Source: Flavobacteriales bacterium (GTDB lineage Bacteria; Bacteroidota; Bacteroidia; Flavobacteriales_D; Sanyastnellaceae). Taken from it: DNA of 33,785 nt. The stretch's first letter is position 1. The number at the start of each line of letters is the position of its first letter. Positions 27,990 to 33,785 of this stretch are shown piece by piece. The DNA is taken from contig JANRAA010000099.1 of the NCBI GenBank assembly GCA_030728235.1, positions 1 through 33,785 of the forward strand, read 5' to 3'. The notes under the pieces were generated by a model. The model was not told the DNA's origin, did no database searches, and saw nothing but the letters and a program-made list of their open reading frames with translations. The position numbers and the translations under genes are program-made.

Positions 27990-28061
27990 GGCTCTGTAGT
28001 TCAAGGGATAGAATAGAAGTTTCCTAAACTTTTGATTCGGGTTCGAGTCCCGGCGGAGCTA
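27990..28061 (+). tRNA. tRNA-Arg (CCT)
   Basis: Hand-folded. Acceptor GGCTCTG/CGGAGCT (with G-U pairs), U8, D arm GTTC-AAGGGATA-GAAT, anticodon arm GAAGT-TTCCTAA-ACTTT, T arm with loop TTCGAGT, discriminator A. CCA is not encoded. Confidence 0.85.
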
Positions 28062-28123
28062 CTGATTATTGCCTAACGGGCATAGTTTTTGTTTGCCAAA
28101 GTCAGAATTTTAAAACTCAAAAA

Positions 28124-28603
28124 ATGAAGAATTTCTCACCAAATCGAATTTTAGTCTTTTTTGCTTTGATGCTCGGATTGGGGCTATCAAACGTCTCAAA
28201 TGCCCAGCAAGGATATGAATTTACGTCGTTTACAGTTATTGAATCGATCATTCCAAACGGTTTAGGGCGTTCACGAATTATTCAGGCTACCGAAGCCCGA
28301 GATTACAAAGAGTTTACCTCTGTTCGCTCAGAAGAAGACAATGATCGCAACAAGTCTGACCGCGGCGACATACGCGTGAAGAACTTTGAAGAAACCAAAA
28401 TCTTGAACTTTTATAATCTTGGTGGCATTCGATTTCAGAATATCGCTGCAAATGATGCAGTGGTAAATAGCAAAGTGAATGCGATGTTCGAAGCTGGTTG
28501 GGAATTGGTAACCATAACGGCAGGAGTAGAATCGGACGCTGGAAAAGAAGATGGTGAAGGAATCTATATCACCCGCTTCTATTTCAAGCGCTTGAAACAG
28601 TAA
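28124..28603 (+). CDS. Small secreted hypothetical protein
   Basis: 159 aa with signal peptide MKNFSPNRILVFFALMLGLGLSNVSNAQ. The C-terminal GWELVTITAG...IYITRFYFKR is reminiscent of DUF4177-type folds (weak). Followed by a strong terminator. Confidence 0.65.
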   Translation: MKNFSPNRILVFFALMLGLGLSNVSNAQQGYEFTSFTVIESIIPNGLGRSRIIQATEARDYKEFTSVRSEEDNDRNKSDRGDIRVKNFEETKILNFYNLGGIRFQNIAANDAVVNSKVNAMFEAGWELVTITAGVESDAGKEDGEGIYITRFYFKRLKQ

Positions 28604-28609
28604 AGATTA

Positions 28610-29662
28610 TTACGAATTGAAGCCAGCACCAGAAGTGCTGGCTTTTTTTTGCTCGCTCTCGATTTGCTCTTTCAACATATCCACTTTCCGCATTTGTGCC
28701 TTGAAAAATTGATTTCTGATTTTCTCAGCCATACCACTTACTTGAATTGATTTCGAACGGAGGTTATCAAGCCATTCAGCATGTTGCGCATTGAACACCT
28801 CATTTCTTGTGCGGATCGTATTGAACGTGTTGTAACCGATAAAGGTAGTGCGGAGGCTCTCTGATGTTACATGGATTGAGTTACTGCCAATCATCAGGTC
28901 GCACAGGTAGAGGTTGAATGGAATTCCGCTAGAGGCGCCATTAAAAAGTATTTTTTGGCCAATTTCGGCCTGGCGTGAAACACGTTGAAGCAAAGATGAA
29001 ATGTCGTTGAGGACAGAAACAGCGCTTTCCGTTGATTGAAAGAATCCAGCTTCCCAATAGAATTTAACTTGTTGGAGAGTGCTCTCGATTGTTTCATTGG
29101 TCCATATTTCCGTTGACGATACCGTTGCATATCCATCGTACAAAGCGGGGAAGGTTTCGCTCATTCCTTCAGTGAAGTCACTCGAGAAATGGGAGGCATC
29201 ATATTCCGGTATGTTCATGATAGACTTCATCCAATAGAACATTTTGAACAATCCAAGGTGCTGGAAACCGAAATGGTAAAACATGGGTATGTCTTCAGCA
29301 GCGTAATATATATGCGCGCCTTCGTGACGCTTAATTTTCGCCAATTGACCAATCAACTGATCGAAATACATTTTGAAATGCTCAGTATTCCGCTCCAAGC
29401 GGGTGTATTGAAAGGTCACAACGTCTTGTACTTCATTGTTCAATGCTTCAAGCGGGATACTATAATGCACACAAATCTTTACTGTTTCATCGAGTGAAAA
29501 TGCCGTTTCACTGCGCAATCGTCGATATGCCCCGTCAATGCTTATTTCTAGCACTTCTGAGATGTCTTTGGCGAGATTAATTTGCCCAGGGATTTGTTTT
29601 CTCAATAACGAGATGAAATTCTCTTGATGAATGAGGCGACTTTTTATTTGCATAATATACAA
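28610..29662 (-). CDS. Helix-turn-helix protein with uncharacterised roughly 280-aa C-terminal domain
   Basis: 350 aa. The N-terminal LAKDISEVLEISIDGAYRRLRSETAFSLDETVKIC reads as an HTH. I recognise no motif in the remainder. Confidence 0.7.
   Translation of the reverse strand: MYIMQIKSRLIHQENFISLLRKQIPGQINLAKDISEVLEISIDGAYRRLRSETAFSLDETVKICVHYSIPLEALNNEVQDVVTFQYTRLERNTEHFKMYFDQLIGQLAKIKRHEGAHIYYAAEDIPMFYHFGFQHLGLFKMFYWMKSIMNIPEYDASHFSSDFTEGMSETFPALYDGYATVSSTEIWTNETIESTLQQVKFYWEAGFFQSTESAVSVLNDISSLLQRVSRQAEIGQKILFNGASSGIPFNLYLCDLMIGSNSIHVTSESLRTTFIGYNTFNTIRTRNEVFNAQHAEWLDNLRSKSIQVSGMAEKIRNQFFKAQMRKVDMLKEQIESEQKKASTSGAGFNS
28621..28650 (+). terminator. Rho-independent terminator of the 28124-28603 gene
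   Basis: 9-bp stem AGCCAGCAC/GTGCTGGCT with loop CAGAA, then T7. It lies within the last codons of the convergent minus-strand ORF. Confidence 0.7.
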
Positions 29663-29722
29663 GCGTGTAGATTATAAAGTTGCGAAAAATGCAAGTACGA
29701 TCCTTTGCTTATGCAATAAACG

Positions 29723-29730
29723 CAAAAATA
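29723..29730 (-). promoter_or_regulatory. -7 box TATTTTTG (minus strand) upstream of the HTH gene
   Basis: Exact TAnnTTTG, about 60 nt upstream of the ATG at 29662. Confidence 0.3.
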
Positions 29731-29855
29731 CTCTAAGTGGTTGTCAATTGGATGGCATATTTGCGTTTTATGACATTGGTGTTCGTTGGTGTTTGTGATA
29801 TCCGTAAAAGTGCTGTGTCAAACCACTTGATATTTGCCCAACAAAAATCACGAAA

Positions 29856-30980
29856 ATGAAAAACTCAATTTTATCAATCGCCGCTTTTGCCTTGTCACTT
29901 GTTTCATTTGGTTTGAGCGCACAGACTTCAAGACCTATAGTAGCTGTAGCAGATATTGATGTCAACGACACCTATGCCAATGGAGCAAATTATTCTATCG
30001 AAGACTTTGTGATGATAGAGATGTCGAAAATAGAAGGGATAGAATTGTTGGATCGATACGATATGGATTTTTTGGCGAAGCGCGACCAAATTGAAATCAA
30101 TGGCTGCTTCTCGAAAATCTGTTTGAAAGAGATTGGAAGAGCGCTCAATGTAGACAAAGTGCTTACTGGAAGTTTGCTTACAATTGGAGATAACATCGTT
30201 GTGAACTTCCGTCTATTGGATGTCGTTACAGGCAGCATTGAAAAGAACCACACGGTTGAATTTTTGAAGTTAAGCGCGGAAGTAAAGAACATGATTGGCA
30301 TCACGATTCAAGAAATGTTTGACCTGCCGGTTGATGAGGAGTTGAAGAAGAAGTTGAGTGTGAGAAACGACTATGAGGGATCTGTCAACAACCCATATAA
30401 ACTTCGTCTTCGTTCTGATGGTCCACGCATGGGATTTACAGTTTTTCAAGGAGAACTAGCTGACAGGCTATCAGAAAGCAAAGTGGATGGTGGCTTCGAG
30501 GCACACCCGATGATGTTTCAATTTGGTTACCAGTTCGAGAAGCAGTATTTGAATGAGGGGAATTTTCAAGCCTTGTTTGAGTTCATACCGATGATAACAG
30601 GTTTGGATCAGGGATTTGTTATACCGAGTATTACAATTATGAATGGCTTGAGGAACAACAAAAACGGATGGGAGTTTGCTTTCGGACCTACTTTTTCTGT
30701 CGTGCCAATGAGTAAAGGATATTATGATCAGGAAACAGATCAATGGACGCTAACAGCAGGTCTTGATTCTATACCTGTAGGTGTTTCAGAAATCCGTAGA
30801 ATGGATAGCAGAGGTGAAATGAAAATCCAACCAGGGTTTGTTTTTGCAGCGGGGAAAACGTTCAAATCAGGTAAACTAAATATCCCTGTAAATATGTACG
30901 TCATTCCAAACAACAAAGGACTTCGGTTTGGGCTGTCAATGGGATTCAATGCACGAGATCGATATGCCTATTCGCACTAA
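29856..30980 (+). CDS. Secreted protein with N-terminal TolB-N/CsgG/LpoB-like domain and C-terminal beta-rich domain (hypothetical)
   Basis: Signal peptide MKNSILSIAAFALSLVSFGLSAQ. Residues 25-160 follow the pattern (V)AVADIDV...LLDRYDMDFLAKRDQI...IGRALNVDKVLTGSL...VNFRLLDVVTGSI seen in CsgG/LpoB/TolB-N-like domains. The C-terminal half has alternating hydrophobic beta-strand patterns. Confidence 0.7.
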   Translation: MKNSILSIAAFALSLVSFGLSAQTSRPIVAVADIDVNDTYANGANYSIEDFVMIEMSKIEGIELLDRYDMDFLAKRDQIEINGCFSKICLKEIGRALNVDKVLTGSLLTIGDNIVVNFRLLDVVTGSIEKNHTVEFLKLSAEVKNMIGITIQEMFDLPVDEELKKKLSVRNDYEGSVNNPYKLRLRSDGPRMGFTVFQGELADRLSESKVDGGFEAHPMMFQFGYQFEKQYLNEGNFQALFEFIPMITGLDQGFVIPSITIMNGLRNNKNGWEFAFGPTFSVVPMSKGYYDQETDQWTLTAGLDSIPVGVSEIRRMDSRGEMKIQPGFVFAAGKTFKSGKLNIPVNMYVIPNNKGLRFGLSMGFNARDRYAYSH

Positions 30981-30998
30981 AGTCTAAAAAATAGAAAA

Positions 30999-31028
30999 AG
31001 CCGAATCCACTGCTGGATTCGGCTTTTT
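30999..31028. terminator. Bidirectional rho-independent terminator
   Basis: Hairpin AGCCGAATCCA/TGGATTCGGCT with loop CTGC. An A5 run lies upstream and a T4 run downstream, between convergent genes. Confidence 0.7.
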
Positions 31029-31043
31029 CATTTTTATCTCAGG

Positions 31044-33248
31044 TTATCTGAAGACCACGAAACGTCGAGACGTTTTGCCTTTTTCAGTCACCAAAGTGAT
31101 GAGGTAAGTTCCGGGCTCAAGAGTACTTACATCATAGCCTATATTTTGTTGACCCTCTGCTTGAATCATTGTCCTACGATCAATCAAGCGCCCTTGAATA
31201 TCAGTAACAACCATATCTACCTGCCCACTTTCAGCAAGCACGTAGTTCACGTTTAGCAGGTTGTCGGTTGGGTTCGGGTACAAGTTCAAACTTGAAACCG
31301 GCTCTGGTGAGCTAGTGAGAATAGGTTGTACTTCAGGTTCAGTTGTTCTTGCACCATTTAAGCAGCCAGTTATAACCATGTCATCCACATACAACTGATC
31401 ATCATCTGCAGAAGCATCGGCTCTCACACGGACACGTGTATTGGTGGTGAATGGACCAGGAATTACCAAGTCAACTTGGTAGTAAGTTCCGTTGTTAAAA
31501 CTGGTACCTGCAGCGTACGTCGCCTTTGTAACATAAGTCGACCCTCCATTGGTAGATAGCTGAACCCAGAAATCTTCGCCGTTCTCAAAACTTATGGTTT
31601 TAAATTTAAAGCTAACGGTGATTTCGTCGTAGTTCGAGAGGTTTTGACTCGTGGTCGACATAACAGAGGTGGAAGTATTGTCGCGTAAACGAATTGAGAA
31701 GTTTCCGCTGTAAGCATTGGCCGCGCTGTTTACACGAGCACAGTCGGTTCCACCATCCCTCCATATACCCCAGTTGGAATCAAATGAGTTTGAGTTGATG
31801 GTTACATAAGTGCATCCACCTGTGTTGCAGGGTGCGCAGCTCGAACCGCCGCAGTCAACACCTGTTTCGTCTCCATTTTGGATGCCGTCGGTGCATGTTG
31901 GTGCAGGCGGACCACCCAAACAGAAATTTGTGCTTTGACTGGTGGTAAATGACCCTCCGCTAGCCAGTGTGCCTGAAGGGCCTGTTAAGGTGTAGCTTCC
32001 GTTACCATACGAGCAGCACATTCCGTCGCCATATGCATCTGTGATGGTAAATGTGTAGCAACCATCGGTAATGCAAAGTGGAATTACCAATGTAGAGCCA
32101 TCAGCTTGACTGCCATATGTACCGCCGCTGGCTACGGTTGCATTGGAGGCATTTCTCAATGTCCAACTGGTTTCCTCAGGGTAGTTGTCGAAAGTAATTG
32201 AAAGTGATAGTGCGTTGTCGGAGCATCCACAAGCCGGACAAGAACCACCGCAGTCGATTCCTGTTTCAGTGCCGTTTTGAATGCCGTCGTTACATGTAGG
32301 TGCTGGTCCACCGCCGCCGCAGGCAGTTGAGTTTAGCAACGACGCCCGTGCACCCCCTGGTTCAAACAACGCGCGCATTCTAGTTTTTTGTCCAGCACTA
32401 AATAGGTTCATACACGCATCATCTGTGTAATCCATGTAATTCTGAACCATATCAGTTGAACTGCAAGAAACGTGTCCAAGCGGACAACCATAGTTTGGAG
32501 CATCAGAAGTTGGTGTATCCGTTACAAAATCGTCAACGGTGCATCCACCATCTCCCCAAATGTGGCGAAGGTTCAACCAGTGACCTACTTCGTGCGTAGC
32601 CGTTCTACCAAGATTGAATGGGGCTGTTGCAGTGCCAGTAGTTCCGAAGTATTGGTAATCGATAACAACACCATCGGTTGAAGATGCCCCACCCGGAAAT
32701 TGAGCATATCCGAGTATTCCTCCGCTAATATCGCACACCCAAAGGTTCATGTATTGCGATGAAGGCCAAGCATCTTTTCCGCCAGAGGAGTTAAACTTCA
32801 CTTGGTCATTGGTTCCAAAAGCTGTTGTGCTGGTTGATGTCCGTGTTATACCCGTTGTTGGAGCCCCATTTGGGTCTACCGTTGCAAGGCAAAACGACAC
32901 TTCAGCATCTGCTGCTTGCGCCCATACATTGTCGGCATCTGAGTTCAACCTTCTGAAGTCAGCGTTCAAAACATCTATTTGCGACATGATTTGTGCTGTG
33001 CTCACGTTTTCAGCAGCGGTGTTATACACTACGTGAACAACTACAGGGATATTGATAACCCCATTCACGGCGCGTATTCCAGAGGAAACAACCTCTTCTG
33101 TATGCCTTTCAATGGCTTCCAGTTTCGTATTGCGTTTGGGGTCATTTTGAAGTTGCATTTCCAGGTAATCCATGGAACCACAATTGCGCTGTGCTTGCGA
33201 AAAAATAGACACAAGAAGTAACGCAAAGAACAGTAGACGTGTCTTCAT
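31044..33248 (-). CDS. M43 (pappalysin-type) zinc metalloprotease, multidomain, T9SS type A cargo
   Basis: 734 aa with a signal peptide. Zinc motif HEVGHWLNLRH (nt 32562-32594) and Met-turn region NYMDY. Two Cys-rich CxDGIQNGxETGxDCGG motifs, a DAYGDG module and a MAM-like jelly roll. CTD LNLYPNPTDNLLNVNY...GTYLITL...RRFVVFR. Confidence 0.9.
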   Translation of the reverse strand: MKTRLLFFALLLVSIFSQAQRNCGSMDYLEMQLQNDPKRNTKLEAIERHTEEVVSSGIRAVNGVINIPVVVHVVYNTAAENVSTAQIMSQIDVLNADFRRLNSDADNVWAQAADAEVSFCLATVDPNGAPTTGITRTSTSTTAFGTNDQVKFNSSGGKDAWPSSQYMNLWVCDISGGILGYAQFPGGASSTDGVVIDYQYFGTTGTATAPFNLGRTATHEVGHWLNLRHIWGDGGCTVDDFVTDTPTSDAPNYGCPLGHVSCSSTDMVQNYMDYTDDACMNLFSAGQKTRMRALFEPGGARASLLNSTACGGGGPAPTCNDGIQNGTETGIDCGGSCPACGCSDNALSLSITFDNYPEETSWTLRNASNATVASGGTYGSQADGSTLVIPLCITDGCYTFTITDAYGDGMCCSYGNGSYTLTGPSGTLASGGSFTTSQSTNFCLGGPPAPTCTDGIQNGDETGVDCGGSSCAPCNTGGCTYVTINSNSFDSNWGIWRDGGTDCARVNSAANAYSGNFSIRLRDNTSTSVMSTTSQNLSNYDEITVSFKFKTISFENGEDFWVQLSTNGGSTYVTKATYAAGTSFNNGTYYQVDLVIPGPFTTNTRVRVRADASADDDQLYVDDMVITGCLNGARTTEPEVQPILTSSPEPVSSLNLYPNPTDNLLNVNYVLAESGQVDMVVTDIQGRLIDRRTMIQAEGQQNIGYDVSTLEPGTYLITLVTEKGKTSRRFVVFR

Positions 33249-33366
33249 ACAATAGAATATTTAGTTATAATAAAAGGTTTCATGCCGTTCGAATGTGCCC
33301 AAATGGGATTTCAAACGGCGCTTAGAAATTAGAAAATTTCAATAACCAAATAACAAAAAGGGAAAA

Positions 33367-33785
33367 TTAGTTTTCAGCCGACTTTCTCAGTGGAAGAGAG
33401 ACTCCAAAAACGTAGTTGTTTTGAAGAAAAAAGAAGTGTTGAGAGGCCTTGTCTGACGGGTCTGGAGAGGTTCTTACATCTGGCATGTTGATGAATCCGC
33501 CCTTCACTTCACTCTGAATAAAGAAGTAATCGAAGAAAGTTATGGTTATTCCGCCCATTGCCGCGGTGCCCCAACCTGCGAGATGAAACTCATCGTTCCG
33601 TTCTTTTTCCATCAGTTTCGAGTTCGTCTTCGGCAACATAATACCAGCCCCGACACCAAACACGGAAGCGATTTTGACTTTTTCCTCGAAATATGTAAAC
33701 CATGTGTCGTGACGGCGTATTTCGGCATTGATATAATTCAGGCCATCGGTGTGCTCATAAGTCAAAAACTGTGGTATGAGGGTTA
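33367..33785 (-). CDS. Partial CDS (C-terminal part; continues past the right edge): hypothetical beta-rich, possibly outer-membrane protein
   Basis: The reading frame stays open from 33765 to the window end (upstream codons T-L-I-P-Q-F precede the track start, which is a TTG). Alternating aromatic/hydrophobic strands (GGITITFFDYFFIQSEVKGGF, NNYVFGVSLPL). Confidence 0.5.
   Translation of the reverse strand, partial: TLIPQFLTYEHTDGLNYINAEIRRHDTWFTYFEEKVKIASVFGVGAGIMLPKTNSKLMEKERNDEFHLAGWGTAAMGGITITFFDYFFIQSEVKGGFINMPDVRTSPDPSDKASQHFFFLQNNYVFGVSLPLRKSAEN

Noticed and set aside
29768-29971. 67-aa minus-strand ORF spanning the start of the 29856 gene, considered as a small peptide gene next to the HTH regulator.
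   Set aside because: It overlaps the signal-peptide region of the better-supported plus-strand gene in antisense. It has no promoter box, and its sequence has no signal peptide or processing motif.
33284-33319. Imperfect inverted repeat GCCGTTCGAA...TTCAAACGGC between the edge gene and the M43 gene, considered as a possible terminator or MITE end.
   Set aside because: There is one mismatch in the stem, a 16-nt loop, and no adjacent T-run on the minus strand. No second copy exists elsewhere in the window.
27863-33785. Possibility that the region downstream of the tRNAs is an integrated mobile element or genomic island.
   Set aside because: I found no integrase, transposase or phage genes. 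I also found no direct repeat of either tRNA 3' end further right in the window. Only weak compositional hints remain, noted as a low-interest finding.

Overview
This is a densely packed chromosomal window from a Bacteroidota (Flavobacteriia-like) genome. Supporting signs: four Type IX secretion (T9SS) cargo proteins, TAnnTTTG -7 promoter boxes in front of many genes, and no Shine-Dalgarno signals. No rRNA, CRISPR array, transposase or integrase was seen. From 1 to about 24.7 kb the content is mostly housekeeping: lipB, an SIS sugar isomerase, lysS, an M23 peptidase, tryptophan 2,3-dioxygenase, RidA, pepP, miaE, an rRNA-type methyltransferase, RNase R and a YbiT-like ABC-F ATPase. Interleaved with these are cell-surface proteins: a 1880-aa PKD-repeat adhesin with a type B T9SS tail, a jelly-roll T9SS cargo, and a thioredoxin-motif T9SS cargo. 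The right third looks more accessory. It holds a 998-aa single polypeptide that fuses a RecB/Cas4/Dna2-type PD-(D/E)xK nuclease to an SF1B (Upf1/Dna2-like) helicase. After it come tRNA-Met(CAT) and tRNA-Arg(CCT), each apparently its own transcription unit. Downstream is a block of hypothetical secreted proteins, an orphan HTH protein, a multidomain M43 metalloprotease (T9SS cargo) and an edge-truncated beta-rich protein. The strongest candidate for an uncharacterised (possibly anti-phage, Nhi/Dna2-like) system is the nuclease-helicase at 24820-27816. I cannot tell from sequence alone whether it is a defence gene or a conserved repair enzyme. Secondary observations: a degenerate second Walker A in the ABC-F protein, an H-V-C variant of the M23 HxH motif, a WCGPC thioredoxin site on a T9SS-exported protein, a roughly 90-aa module shared by two T9SS cargos, a duplicated Cys-rich motif in the M43 protease, a 74-aa C-terminal extension on LysRS, and three convergent gene pairs with overlapping or abutting stop codons.
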